This document shows positions 8,096-18,616 of a stretch of DNA of 41,041 bases, piece after piece (within the stretch, counting starts at the first letter, position 1; every line of letters begins with the position of its first letter). This DNA comes from Oligoflexales bacterium (lineage in GTDB: Bacteria > Bdellovibrionota_B > Oligoflexia > Oligoflexales > Bog-1112): assembly GCA_045105515.1 (NCBI GenBank), contig JBGCDR010000140.1:1-41041 (forward strand), read 5' to 3'. Made by a program: the position numbers and the translations under genes. The notes beneath the pieces were generated by a model. The model searched no databases. It was not told where the DNA came from and saw only the letters and a program-made list of their open reading frames with translations.

Positions 8096-8707
8096 ATGAT
8101 GGAGAAAAAAAACCTGATAACCGAGATTACCAACGGAGCTGATATGGGCGAGCTAAACAACCTATTTCGTGACAACAAACTGCTGGAATCACGTACCCTA
8201 TTTATGTCTGAACCTGTGACTTCCAGCACAGCCAGAAAAATTGTAACAGACCTATTAACCTTGGACAGCACGAGCAGTGACCCAATTTATTTTTACATCA
8301 ACAGCCCAGGCGGTGAAGTAAATAGTGGATTTGCCATTTATGACACCATCAGATTTATCAAGTCTCCTGTAACGATTGTGAGCGCAGGTCTGTGTGCAAG
8401 CATAGCTACTATCATCAATATTGCAGTGCCTAAGGAGCGTCGGTGCTCACTACCTAATTCCAGATTCCTTATTCACCAGCCTCTTATCTCAGGTCAGGTT
8501 TACGGGCAGGCTTCTGATATTGAAATAACTGCGACCCAAATCCTTAAAACTCGTGAGCGGCTAAACCAACTCTTAGCTGAAGCATGCGACCAGTCCTTTG
8601 ATAAGATTCATGAGGACACTACCAGAGACTTCTGGATGTCAGCCGAAGAATCTGTCGAATATGGGCTAATTGGCAAGATCGTTAAGAACAAAAGTGAAAT
8701 TGTCTAG
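8096..8707 (+). CDS. clpP: ATP-dependent Clp protease proteolytic subunit (stand-alone paralog)
   Basis: YINSPGG and an intact triad in CAS, IHQP and RDFWM. No adjacent tig or clpX. Confidence 0.9.
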   Translation: MMEKKNLITEITNGADMGELNNLFRDNKLLESRTLFMSEPVTSSTARKIVTDLLTLDSTSSDPIYFYINSPGGEVNSGFAIYDTIRFIKSPVTIVSAGLCASIATIINIAVPKERRCSLPNSRFLIHQPLISGQVYGQASDIEITATQILKTRERLNQLLAEACDQSFDKIHEDTTRDFWMSAEESVEYGLIGKIVKNKSEIV

Positions 8708-8786
8708 TTCCTTTAAGCAAAACTAGCCTATTTTTTTCCTGCAAAGGGTTTTCCCTTACCCTGCCAGCCGCAGTTAAGGATTTTCG

Positions 8787-10580
8787 TTGAACAGCATCAA
8801 GCCTCGCGTGGATAAATCCCAATCATCATTATTGCGCCATTACATTAAACCTTACATAGGGAGCGTGGTCATCGCTTCCTTATGTTCGCTCTTCTTGGGC
8901 TTACTATCATCTTTTCTTGTCAGCCTGATTGGGCCTAGCATGCAAGTCCTCATGCCCAATCAATCTGCTGGAGATCTAAGCTTTAAAAAGCTCCTGGGTG
9001 ACAATATAGGACATCTGCTGGCTAGCATTAGTGGGAAAGAATCTATCAATTCAATCGAGCTGATAAGTTACCTTCCAATCTTACTAATACTTGTGGCAGG
9101 ACTGAAAACCATTGCTTCAGTTTACCAAAGCTACCTGTGGGAGCGGACCGGAGAACTGATATCTAAGGATATGCGTCGTGATACCATGGAGGCGTATTTA
9201 GGGATCAATCCAGCAATTAGACGAGATGAGTTGGGTCAGAAAGTCGAGGCTGACCTATCGTCCTCAATTACAACTGATATTAAGTTAATTAGAGAATATT
9301 TCGTTCATTTTTATGGTGGATTTCCTAGAGAATCGCTCCAACTAATATTTCTCACGGGAGTATTACTGGCACTTTCACCTCGCTTATTTGCTCTGTTTTT
9401 TCTATTTGTTCTCCCAGTTGTGGGAATAGTTAATCGTATGGGTAAAAAACTCAGAAAACGTGCAAGCAAGGCGTTGTCTGACTATTCCTTGCTTACCGAA
9501 TGGCTTCAACAACGGCTTCTTGGAATCGAGACTATCAAACACTATCAGACTGAAGAAATTGAAATAAATAAACTTAGGCATCTAACAACTCGTTTATACG
9601 AACGTTTTGTTAAAGCGGCCAGAATTAAATCCAGAACCTCGCCAAGTATCGAAATGGTAGGAATTGGTGCGTTAGTTTTAGTGCTTTATTTTGCTCTTGA
9701 TGCTATCAATCTTGGTACATTAAGTGGCTCCATCGCAATTTCTTTCTTTGCATCCCTAGCATTAGTTGCTCAATCTGGAGCCATGCTCGGACGCTATTTT
9801 AATAGTAATCGAGAAGGAGCTGCTGCAATAAAACGTCTCCTTGAAATGCAGTCATTTTTAGCTGAACACCAGACGCCTGATACCATGAAAGCATTCCAGT
9901 CAAACTATGAGGAAGAATCTAAATTCCGGCTAGTATGCGAGCAGCTATCAATGCAGTATCCGAATGCTCACAAACCTGCTCTCTCAGAGTTCTCTTATCA
10001 GTTTGAAAAAGGTCAGATTTATTGCATTGTTGGACCTTCCGGTGCGGGCAAAAGTACCTTATTTCAAATTATTCTCAAACTGTTAAACCCTGATAAGGGA
10101 AGGCTTATTTTTCCTCATGACAACACTGCTGATATTCCCATCCAAATTGGCTATATGCCCCAGGACCTAATGCTCATGAGTGGCACCTTAGCTGAAAACA
10201 TCACTTATCCCGATGCAACAGGTGACTCGAGGAGTATCCTTAGTGCTCTCGAGCAAGTGGGTATTAGACAATTTGTTGAAGATTTACCGGAAGGTATCAA
10301 CACCCGAGTTGGAAAAGAAGGACTGGGACTATCAGGAGGTCAAGTTCAAAGAGTCATATTATCTCGCTTGTTCTACCATCATTATTCACTCATCTTGTTT
10401 GACGAGGGAACTTCAGCACTCGATCCGGAGGTCGAGCAGGTGGTTTATAAGGGCTTGGAAAAATTGAAAGGCTTAGGATCAACGGTCATTATGATTGCTC
10501 ACCGGTTGTCTGCAACAAAAATTGCTGATGCTGTCCTCACCTTAAAAAACGGTAAGCTTGTCTCGGCTCAAGAGAAATAA
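8787..10580 (+). CDS. MsbA-like ABC exporter (fused TMD-NBD)
   Basis: Several TM helices, Walker A GPSGAGKST, LSGGQ, ILFDE, IAHRLS. Confidence 0.88.
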   Translation: MNSIKPRVDKSQSSLLRHYIKPYIGSVVIASLCSLFLGLLSSFLVSLIGPSMQVLMPNQSAGDLSFKKLLGDNIGHLLASISGKESINSIELISYLPILLILVAGLKTIASVYQSYLWERTGELISKDMRRDTMEAYLGINPAIRRDELGQKVEADLSSSITTDIKLIREYFVHFYGGFPRESLQLIFLTGVLLALSPRLFALFFLFVLPVVGIVNRMGKKLRKRASKALSDYSLLTEWLQQRLLGIETIKHYQTEEIEINKLRHLTTRLYERFVKAARIKSRTSPSIEMVGIGALVLVLYFALDAINLGTLSGSIAISFFASLALVAQSGAMLGRYFNSNREGAAAIKRLLEMQSFLAEHQTPDTMKAFQSNYEEESKFRLVCEQLSMQYPNAHKPALSEFSYQFEKGQIYCIVGPSGAGKSTLFQIILKLLNPDKGRLIFPHDNTADIPIQIGYMPQDLMLMSGTLAENITYPDATGDSRSILSALEQVGIRQFVEDLPEGINTRVGKEGLGLSGGQVQRVILSRLFYHHYSLILFDEGTSALDPEVEQVVYKGLEKLKGLGSTVIMIAHRLSATKIADAVLTLKNGKLVSAQEK

Positions 10581-10650
10581 CTTCTTTGCTTATGGATCAA
10601 GGTTACAAATTCTGTTTTCATCCTAGCTTGCCTGAGGTGGTGATTTCCTT

Positions 10651-10679
10651 TTTCATCTCAAGAGTCGTCGAGGGAGCTC
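10651..10679. repeat. Degenerate REP-like repeat of the same family as 4060-4088
   Basis: TTTCATCTCAAGAGTCGTCGAGGGAGCTC is 21/29 identical to the reverse complement of 4060-4088. Confidence 0.5.
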
Positions 10680-10817
10680 CCGGAGCCTCCGATTGAGGGA
10701 GGTATCGTTGATCCAGGTAGAAAGGTCTATAATTAAAAGCAAGTCATGATTAATATATCATTATACCAAGATGTTATAATGATTCATTTAAGATTATTTA
10801 AAAACTTTGAAATTGCA

Positions 10818-10844
10818 TGTAACCTCCCAGCTCTTCACACCGTA
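10818..10844 (+). promoter_or_regulatory. ECF (SigF/ECF16-type) autoregulatory promoter
   Basis: TGTAACC-N16-CGTA ending 64 nt upstream of the sigma start, close to the GTAACC-N16-CGAA type consensus of SigF/NrsF systems. Confidence 0.7.
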
Positions 10845-10908
10845 TATCATTATGAGTAGTACCCTAAATGTTCTAAAATATACTTAGATTTAATTTAGGG
10901 TAGACTTT

Positions 10909-11442
10909 ATGAGTGATGAAGAACAGTGGAAGAGTTTAATGATTCAAGCACAACTAGGTAATCAAGAAGCTTACAGAAATCTGCTTAAAGAGCTGTCTCT
11001 TGCTATGAAAAAGTTCATTTCCCAAAAAGTTGGAAACTTGTGTAGTGTTGACGATATTCTGCAGGAATTCTTAATTTCACTGCATAATTCACTGGCTACT
11101 TACGATCCCAGTAGACCCTTCAAATCATGGGTTTATACCATAGCTCGTTACAAGATTATTGATCACCTGAGAAAAGGTCATACCCATGTGGAACTTTCTG
11201 ATGATTTTAAAGATAATAAGAATGAATACAAAGCATTTGAAAATAACGACATGATCCAAAAGGCACTGAAAAAACTATCACCGTCATACCGCGAGCCTAT
11301 CATTCTTACGAAAATTAATGGCTTTAGTGTGAAAGAAGCTGCCGAAAAATTAAATCTTTCAGAGTCAGCCTTGAAAGTAAGGTGTTCTCGAGGCATCAAA
11401 GACCTCAAAGATATACTGACAAGGATCATTCATGAAGAATGA
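10909..11442 (+). CDS. ECF RNA polymerase sigma factor (SigF/ECF16-like)
   Basis: Region 2 (DDILQE...TYDPSRPFKSWVYTIARYKIIDHLR), region 4 HTH, and overlap with the downstream anti-sigma gene. Confidence 0.92.
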   Translation: MSDEEQWKSLMIQAQLGNQEAYRNLLKELSLAMKKFISQKVGNLCSVDDILQEFLISLHNSLATYDPSRPFKSWVYTIARYKIIDHLRKGHTHVELSDDFKDNKNEYKAFENNDMIQKALKKLSPSYREPIILTKINGFSVKEAAEKLNLSESALKVRCSRGIKDLKDILTRIIHEE

Positions 11443-12076
11443 GCAACTAATTGACAAGCTTGTAACAGATCTTCAGCCCGTTAAAGTACTGCCTTCTTAT
11501 GTGCAAAGAGCAATATTTTGGTCTTGCATATCCAATCTACTAGTAGCTCTGTTCACGATGCTAAGTGGACCCTTTAGAGCAAATTTTGTCGATCAGCTCC
11601 TTTCTCATCCACAGTTTTTAGCTGAGTTTTTGGTAGGCATATTAGTAAATCCACTAGCATGCTTCAGTCTATTTTACTTAGTAATACCATCAGAACATTC
11701 GACAAATTTTAAAAGGATCGTGATCGGAGTTCTTCCTTTCATAATGCTATTAACCCTCGCTCTCATTAGCACGATATATCCTGCACTTCCTCCGTCTATG
11801 GAAGGCAAAAGAGATTACTGTAGCGAACAAACTCTGTTATTCGGAATAATTCCATTCATATGCATGTGGGTCGCGGTAAAAAAGTCTTGCCCTTGGCACC
11901 AATACTGGGTGGGAATCTATTTATCCATTGCTGCTTTTACACCCGGGGCGATTATAATGCATATCGCATGTATGTATGCTCCGTTTCATATATTGCAGAG
12001 GCATTTACTCCCTATTATTGCTGCATCATTTATTGGTATGATGATAGTTAATAGCTTTCTTCTCCGGAAAAACTAG
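11432..12076 (+). CDS. NrsF/DUF1109-like membrane anti-sigma factor
   Basis: MKNEQLIDKLVTDLQPV N-terminus, about six TM helices, Cys in DYC and HIAC, overlaps the sigma stop. Confidence 0.8.
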   Translation: MKNEQLIDKLVTDLQPVKVLPSYVQRAIFWSCISNLLVALFTMLSGPFRANFVDQLLSHPQFLAEFLVGILVNPLACFSLFYLVIPSEHSTNFKRIVIGVLPFIMLLTLALISTIYPALPPSMEGKRDYCSEQTLLFGIIPFICMWVAVKKSCPWHQYWVGIYLSIAAFTPGAIIMHIACMYAPFHILQRHLLPIIAASFIGMMIVNSFLLRKN

Positions 12077-12209
12077 TTACTTATCCTTCAAAAGGGTTTG
12101 ATAATCTTATACAGAAGCATAAATTAAAGTAGGGCACTGGAAATCCCAATATTCGCGCCCAAAAAAGTAGCTTCATGGTTCGTTAATTGAGATGAGCAAA
12201 GGAAATGTA

Positions 12210-13010
12210 ATGTCCAAGTTAGATAAATTTTTTGAAACTTTGTGGCAAAATTACACCCACAAAACCCCGCAAGCAGAAAAAATTAAAACTCACTTTTTAT
12301 CCAAAGGTGAAAAAGTCATTAATGATCATGTGGCCTTTCGAACTTTTGCAAGTGACAAAATAGGATTATCTGCCTTAGAGCCCTTCTTTCTACAAGAGGG
12401 TTATCATGTTTCTGGAAACTACAAATTTGAGGAGAAGAAACTGATTGCCCGTAGCTATCAGCACAGTGACCCCCAAATTCCCAAGCTATTTTTGAGTGAA
12501 TTGCTAACTAGTGAATTTTCTGAAGGATTCCAAGCTGTGGTAGAAAATTTCTGCAAACAAGTAAAACCTGGATCTTTAAAGTCTATCGATATCTTTTTGC
12601 AGGGCTGTTTATGGGACCCCCCAAGCTACGAGCAGTTTCAGACCCTGGGTAAAGAAAGTGAGTATGCATGCTGGTTAGCTGTTAATGGATTTTGTGCCAA
12701 CCACTTCACACTTAGCTCAAACCATTTAGATCAGTTTGATCTGGTTTCGGTCAATAATGAAGTTAAGGAACTCGGGTTTCCATTAAATAGTGTTGGGGGA
12801 GAAATAAAAGGAAGCAAAGATGTTTTACTTGAACAAAGTTCGACGATGGCACATAGGCAAAAGTTTGTCTTTGCATGCGGCAAAGAAGAAGAAATATCGA
12901 CATGTTTTTACGAATTTATTCAGCGTTATCCGGATGAGAATGGGGAGGTTTATCAAGGGTTTCGAACTAGCAATGCAGATAAAATATTTGAATCAACAAA
13001 CTTGTCATGA
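12210..13010 (+). CDS. DUF1338 protein (2-oxoadipate dioxygenase/decarboxylase HglS-like, short form)
   Basis: NDHVAFRTF, ANHFT, LEQSST, FYEF and IFEST motifs. AAGGA RBS favours the ATG at 12210 over 12192. Confidence 0.85.
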   Translation: MSKLDKFFETLWQNYTHKTPQAEKIKTHFLSKGEKVINDHVAFRTFASDKIGLSALEPFFLQEGYHVSGNYKFEEKKLIARSYQHSDPQIPKLFLSELLTSEFSEGFQAVVENFCKQVKPGSLKSIDIFLQGCLWDPPSYEQFQTLGKESEYACWLAVNGFCANHFTLSSNHLDQFDLVSVNNEVKELGFPLNSVGGEIKGSKDVLLEQSSTMAHRQKFVFACGKEEEISTCFYEFIQRYPDENGEVYQGFRTSNADKIFESTNLS

Positions 13011-13054
13011 TGGTTTTTTTTTTGCAGACATGGTCTATAGTTGCCAAGAGACCT

Positions 13055-15847
13055 CTATAGACTCTCTAGCTTTTTACGTTCAGCAATACCATGAACTGGA
13101 TCCCAAGCACAAACCATACCAAAAGCCTCATCAAGAATGCGCTCCTGCTCCACTTGGTGAGCTTTCCCAGAACCTTCGGCGGTAGTACCAGAGTGTTTAC
13201 GTCCTACATATTGTACCTCAGCTTTACTATGAACGCTCTTTAAGCGAGGTCTAATAAAATGCCATGCTCCCATATTTTGCGGCTCTTCTTGCACCCACAA
13301 AATCTTCTTTAAATTTTTAAAACCAGAGAAAGCTGCTGTTAATTGATCAAAAGGGAATGGATATAGCTGCTCTATTCTGACTATGGGCACAGACCCTAAA
13401 TCGTACTGAGATCTCATATCGAGTAACTCGTAGTATATCTTACCCGTACAGCAAATAATTTTTTCGACTTGTTCAGGACGGTCAATCAATTTATCATCAA
13501 TCACTTCACTAAAATAAGATTCGCTAAATTCTGATATATTTGACTTTACTTTGGGATGCCTCAACAAGCTTTTTGGAGTCATAATTACGAGAGGTTTACG
13601 AAACTTTCTGATCACCTGCCGACGCAGCAAATGAAATAATTGTGCTGGTGTTGTTACATTACAAACTTGCATATTTAAATTGCCACTGCACTGAAGAAAG
13701 CGTTCAGGTCTTGCACTAGAATGCTCTGGCCCCATTCCTTCAAATCCATGTGGCAATAACAGCACGATACCACTCGTTTGGTTCCACTTAGCCTCAGATG
13801 CTGCAATAAACTGGTCTATGATAATCTGGGCTCCGTTGGCAAAATCCCCAAACTGAGCCTCCCATAGGACTAGAGTATTAGAATCTGCTACAGAAAAACC
13901 AAATTCAAAACCTAAACACCCTTGTTCAGATAAGGGCGAATTAACTATGTCAACTTTTCCTTTGCCAACTGTGTTGAGTGGCTCAAATTTATTCCCGTTT
14001 TCAAAATCGAAGTAAACTCCGTGGCGGCTTGTGAAAGTTCCCCTTTTACAATCTTGTCCAGAAAGCCTTACATCATATCCCTGTGCTGCCAATGCTCCAA
14101 ATGCTAAAAGCTCTCCAAATGCCCAATCAACTTGACCATTCTCTTCAAGCATCGCAAGTCTATTTTTAAGAACTCTATTTAGCTTGGGATGGGTCTTGAA
14201 TGTATCTGGAGCAGAGCAAATTTTTTCACCAATTTGCTTTAATTCCTTATAACTTACCTTAGTCTCCATGGGTTCAAATACTTCTGACCGTGAAGCCTTT
14301 CGATAAGAAAATACTTCCTTAAACTCTTCAGGTATTTTAATTGGTGGCAATTTTCCACCTTTGTTTTTTACATCTTCATAAGCCTTTTGAAGTCTAGCCT
14401 TAACCTGATCTTTGTATGATTTTGCTTCCGATTCAGATACGATCTTACGGTTAATCAATTCTTTAATATAAAGATCAAGAGCAGAGGTCTTTTTCCCAAT
14501 TGTCTTGTACATTAGTGGCTGAGTAAAACTTGGTTCATCGGTTTCGTTGTGACCATGTTTTCTGTATCCAATTAAATCAATAACAACATCAGTTCCAAAC
14601 TTTTTCCGGTACTTCACAGCAAGTTTTGCTACCCAAACTACAGCTTCAGGGTCGTCAGCATTCACGTGAAATACTGGGGCACGAATGACTTTACTTATGT
14701 CTGAACTGTATGTGCAGGAACGGCTATCGAATGGATTCGTTGTGAATCCAATTTGATTGTTTGTAATAATATGTATAGTTCCACCAACTTCGTAATCATC
14801 AAGACCAGATAAGTTCAAAGTCTCAGTCACGATGCCTTGACCAATGAAAGAAGCATCACCATGCAAGAGAACCGACATAATCTTCTCTCGCTTTGCATCT
14901 TGGAGAAGGTCTTGCCTACATCGTGTAAAGCCTATAACCACCGGATTGACAGCTTCCAAATGACTGGGATTAGGAGAAAGATAGACATTGACCTGCTTCC
15001 CTTCCAAGGTCTCAACGCTACTTCCAAAACCTAAGTGATACTTAACATCCCCATCAATATCGAAAGGATTGACCTCACTACCTTCAAACTCTTTCAGCAT
15101 ATTGGTGTAAGGTTTCTGCATTATATTTGCTAAAACATTGAGCCTACCGCGGTGCGCCATTCCCATACAGATTTCTTCAACATTGACCTCTGCAGCCTCT
15201 GTAAATATGGAATCAAGGAGAGGAATCAGAGACTCTAAACCTTCCAAAGAAAAGCGTTTTTGTCCTAGATACCTAGCTTGCAGAAATTTTTCAAAACCCT
15301 CAGCTTGCGCAAGCTTTTCGAGAATTCTTTTGCGAACTTTTTCTCCAAACTCAGGGCTGTTCTCGCATTGCTCCATCTGTTCCTGCAACCAAACAACAGC
15401 CTCTATATTGTTAACTTCCCTGAAGTCTGCGCCAATGCTGCCACAGTAGGTTTTCTCCAAAGAAGCTACTATTTCAGCAAAAATCATTTCTTTGCCTTTG
15501 GCAAAATTTACCGGAAGGAACTTTGCCGCTTGCTTCACATCTTTCAGACCATGATACTCCGGCTTTAAGTCACTAAGCTTTTCAGAAGGCGGGGGCACCA
15601 AGGGATTTAGATTGGCAGCCAAATGTCCCAATCTCCTATAAGTATTTATAAAAGCCTCAATTTTTGCGTGATCTTGTTCTGCACGAGAAGGGCCTTGACC
15701 TGACTCATTGGCAAGTGCAAATTCATAACCCTCGAAAAATTTTCTCCAACTAAGATCTACACTTTCAGGGTCTTCCTGGTATGAACTGTAAAGCGATTCG
15801 ATATACGCAGCGTTCGTCCCTGTGGCATAAGTATAGCGACTAGACAT
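13055..15847 (-). CDS. sucA: 2-oxoglutarate dehydrogenase E1
   Basis: KRFSLEG, GMAHRGRLNVL, GDVKYHLG, NPSHLE, HGDA, WEAQFGDF, GPEHSSAR. Confidence 0.97.
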   Translation of the reverse strand: MSSRYTYATGTNAAYIESLYSSYQEDPESVDLSWRKFFEGYEFALANESGQGPSRAEQDHAKIEAFINTYRRLGHLAANLNPLVPPPSEKLSDLKPEYHGLKDVKQAAKFLPVNFAKGKEMIFAEIVASLEKTYCGSIGADFREVNNIEAVVWLQEQMEQCENSPEFGEKVRKRILEKLAQAEGFEKFLQARYLGQKRFSLEGLESLIPLLDSIFTEAAEVNVEEICMGMAHRGRLNVLANIMQKPYTNMLKEFEGSEVNPFDIDGDVKYHLGFGSSVETLEGKQVNVYLSPNPSHLEAVNPVVIGFTRCRQDLLQDAKREKIMSVLLHGDASFIGQGIVTETLNLSGLDDYEVGGTIHIITNNQIGFTTNPFDSRSCTYSSDISKVIRAPVFHVNADDPEAVVWVAKLAVKYRKKFGTDVVIDLIGYRKHGHNETDEPSFTQPLMYKTIGKKTSALDLYIKELINRKIVSESEAKSYKDQVKARLQKAYEDVKNKGGKLPPIKIPEEFKEVFSYRKASRSEVFEPMETKVSYKELKQIGEKICSAPDTFKTHPKLNRVLKNRLAMLEENGQVDWAFGELLAFGALAAQGYDVRLSGQDCKRGTFTSRHGVYFDFENGNKFEPLNTVGKGKVDIVNSPLSEQGCLGFEFGFSVADSNTLVLWEAQFGDFANGAQIIIDQFIAASEAKWNQTSGIVLLLPHGFEGMGPEHSSARPERFLQCSGNLNMQVCNVTTPAQLFHLLRRQVIRKFRKPLVIMTPKSLLRHPKVKSNISEFSESYFSEVIDDKLIDRPEQVEKIICCTGKIYYELLDMRSQYDLGSVPIVRIEQLYPFPFDQLTAAFSGFKNLKKILWVQEEPQNMGAWHFIRPRLKSVHSKAEVQYVGRKHSGTTAEGSGKAHQVEQERILDEAFGMVCAWDPVHGIAERKKLESL

Positions 15848-15949
15848 GGGTGTAGCTCCTTGGCATACGCTCTATATGGTTGAAATAGAAAAATTCATAG
15901 ATTTCTTTCAAAGTGGAACCTCTTTGGAACCGAAAGATGCGCGCCAACT

Positions 15950-17359
15950 TTAACTATGTATAGCTCGCTTATCCACATCAAGAGCAGCCTCTTTCATAGC
16001 CTCCGCTAAGGTTGGATGCGCATGTACGGAACGTGCAATATCCTCGGCACTTGCTCCGTACTCGAATGCCAAAGCGGCCTCTGCTGCTAGCTCAGAAGCT
16101 GTGGGCCCAATGATGTGAATTCCTAGAAGTTTGTCGCTTTCCTTATGGGCTAAGCACTTAACAAAGCCTTGCGTCTCGTTCATGGCTTTTGCTCTGCCAT
16201 TTGCTTTGAAATAGAATTTTCCAGCTTTATATGGAATTTCTTTTTGTTTGCATTCTTCTTCAGTCATACCTACCGACGCCAACTCCGGCCAAGTATAAAC
16301 CACGCTGGCAATTGCATCATAGTTAACATGACCTGATTTTCCTGCCAGAATCTCAGCTAAAGCAATGCCTTCTTCCTCTGCTTTATGTGCAAGCATTGGC
16401 CCATGTATGGTGTCGCCAATTGCATAAAAACCATCCGCTGAAGTTTTATATTGCTGATCTACTTCGATAAAACCTCTGCTATCAGCTTTGATGTCCACTT
16501 TGTCTAGTCCTACCTGATCAGTGAGAGGCCTACGGCCGACAGCGATCAAAGCCTTATCGCCCACAAACTCAATACTTTGTTCATTTTGCTTGCAGATCAT
16601 CTTTACTTTTCCATCAACAAGCTCACTACGTTCAAGCATAGTGCCAAGCTGAATATTCATCCCTTGTTTCTTCAAAATCTTCAGCATCTCTCGGGAGACC
16701 CCAACATCGGTCGCACCTAATATCTTATTCTGGGCTTCAATGACCGTAACCTTTGAGCCAAGCCTCAGCCAAACACTTCCCAGCTCGAGACCAATAACAC
16801 CGCCCCCAACAACAATCAGTTCTTTAGGAACTTCTTTAAACGCCAGAGCATCAGTAGAATCCACAATAAATTCATGGTCGAATTTAGCTGGAGGAATCTG
16901 AATGGGGATACTGCCTGTTGCGATGATAATATGCTTACCTGCGTATGTCTGAGCTGTCCCTTCTGCGGGGGTAACCGTTACTAATCCTGGCCCAGCAATC
17001 GAACCCCAACCTTTTAACCAGCTAATTTTATTCTTTTTAAAAAGCCCTTCAACCCCATCTGTAATAGAACTCACAACCCCATCTTTACGCTTTAGCATCT
17101 GAGCAACATCTATATTTAAGTGCTCAAGCTTAATTCCATGTTCTGAAAATTCATGGCCGGCTTTGTGAAAATGATGACTTGACTCAAGCAGAGCCTTACT
17201 AGGGATACAACCTACATTCAAGCAAGTTCCACCCAAAGTTGGTGAAGACTCAATACAAGCTGTTTTGAATCCAAGCTGAGAGGCACGAATCGCACATACG
17301 TAACCACCTGGGCCCGACCCAATAACAATCACATCATAAGAGTCTGTAACACTATTCAT
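15950..17359 (-). CDS. lpdA: Dihydrolipoamide dehydrogenase E3
   Basis: GSGPGGY, GGTCLNVGCIPSK, HAHPTLAE. The ATG at 17359 is preferred to the TTG at 17362. Confidence 0.96.
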   Translation of the reverse strand: MNSVTDSYDVIVIGSGPGGYVCAIRASQLGFKTACIESSPTLGGTCLNVGCIPSKALLESSHHFHKAGHEFSEHGIKLEHLNIDVAQMLKRKDGVVSSITDGVEGLFKKNKISWLKGWGSIAGPGLVTVTPAEGTAQTYAGKHIIIATGSIPIQIPPAKFDHEFIVDSTDALAFKEVPKELIVVGGGVIGLELGSVWLRLGSKVTVIEAQNKILGATDVGVSREMLKILKKQGMNIQLGTMLERSELVDGKVKMICKQNEQSIEFVGDKALIAVGRRPLTDQVGLDKVDIKADSRGFIEVDQQYKTSADGFYAIGDTIHGPMLAHKAEEEGIALAEILAGKSGHVNYDAIASVVYTWPELASVGMTEEECKQKEIPYKAGKFYFKANGRAKAMNETQGFVKCLAHKESDKLLGIHIIGPTASELAAEAALAFEYGASAEDIARSVHAHPTLAEAMKEAALDVDKRAIHS

Positions 17360-17362
17360 CAA

Positions 17363-18616
17363 TTAAACCCCCAACAAGAGACGACTTGGATCTTCAATAG
17401 CTTCTTTAATCTTCACAAGGAACCCAACTGCTTCTTTTCCATCCACGATTCGGTGATCGTAAGAGAGAGCTAAATACATCATTGGACGCGCTTTAATTGA
17501 GCCATCTGGCATTACTACTGGACGCATCTGGGTCTTATGCATGCCTAAAATTGCGCTTTGCGGAGGGTTTAATATGGGTGTAGATAGCAGGGAGCCAAAT
17601 ACCCCTCCATTTGAGACGGTAAAGGTACCACCTGATAAATCATCAAGACTTATTTTATTTACGCGTGCTTTCTGCGCATATCGACCTATTTCCAATTCAA
17701 GATCTGCGAGCGACAGCTTATCGACATCCCGAACAATAGGCACCATCAAACCTTTCTCAGTAGAAACAGCAACGCCAACATCACAATAGTTATGGTAAAT
17801 AACATCAGTTCCATCAATATAGGCATTGACAGCTGGAAAAGCCTCTAATGCTTGGACGCTAGCTTTCAAGAAAAAGCCCATGAAACCAAGCTTAATTTGG
17901 TAGCGTTCTTGGAATGCTTCCTTATAGCGCTTACGCAGGTCCATCACCTCTGTCATATCCACCTCGTTAAAAGTGGTGAGAATGGCTGCACTACTTTGAG
18001 CTGAAATAAGCCTTTCAGCAATACGTCTGCGTAGCATGCTCATCGGTTTATGTGTACTTTCACGCTCCCCAGATAAGGTTCGAGGGGAAGGAGCGGGTGC
18101 AGCTTGCTGCTGCTTTTTCACTGTAGTCTTGCTTGGGGCGGGCTTTTCAGCTTGAGTAGAACTCTGCTTCATAGCGCTCAACACATCGCCTTTAGTCAGA
18201 CGCCCTGACCTACCAGTCCCAGAAATATCGTTAGGCTCAATCGCATTCTCACTGAGGATGCGCCTGACTGCAGGACCGTTCCCTAAGTTATTTGTTTTGT
18301 CACTTTTTGCACTGCTAGAGCTTGTCTGTTCCACGACACCTTCCGATGCCCCAGATGTTTGCTCACCGGCAGGTTTACTTACATTTGTATCAATTCTGGC
18401 AATAAGATCGCCGACTTTAACGACTTCTCCCGCTTCAACGAGAATCTCAAGCTTGCCTTCACCTTCAGAAACCACTTCTACAGTGGCTTTATCTGTTTCT
18501 AATTCGAGGAGAACATCATCCTGCTGCACCCAATCTCCAGATGCTTTATGCCAAGACTCGATCATTCCTTCCTGAACGGACTCTCCCACACCTGGTACTT
18601 TGACCTCAATCGCCAT
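17363..18616 (-). CDS. sucB: Dihydrolipoamide succinyltransferase E2
   Basis: Lipoyl ETDKA, E3-binding [30 protein letters not shown]. Confidence 0.96.
   Translation of the reverse strand: MAIEVKVPGVGESVQEGMIESWHKASGDWVQQDDVLLELETDKATVEVVSEGEGKLEILVEAGEVVKVGDLIARIDTNVSKPAGEQTSGASEGVVEQTSSSSAKSDKTNNLGNGPAVRRILSENAIEPNDISGTGRSGRLTKGDVLSAMKQSSTQAEKPAPSKTTVKKQQQAAPAPSPRTLSGERESTHKPMSMLRRRIAERLISAQSSAAILTTFNEVDMTEVMDLRKRYKEAFQERYQIKLGFMGFFLKASVQALEAFPAVNAYIDGTDVIYHNYCDVGVAVSTEKGLMVPIVRDVDKLSLADLELEIGRYAQKARVNKISLDDLSGGTFTVSNGGVFGSLLSTPILNPPQSAILGMHKTQMRPVVMPDGSIKARPMMYLALSYDHRIVDGKEAVGFLVKIKEAIEDPSRLLLGV

Noticed and set aside
10581..10607. Divergent ECF promoter (TGTAACC on the minus strand)
   Set aside because: No CG(A/T)A at 16-nt spacing, and it would only point antisense into the ABC gene
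13033..13062. GTCTATAG/CTATAGAC inverted repeat as a terminator between DUF1338 and sucA
   Set aside because: 14-nt loop, overlaps the sucA stop, and no correctly placed U-tract on either strand
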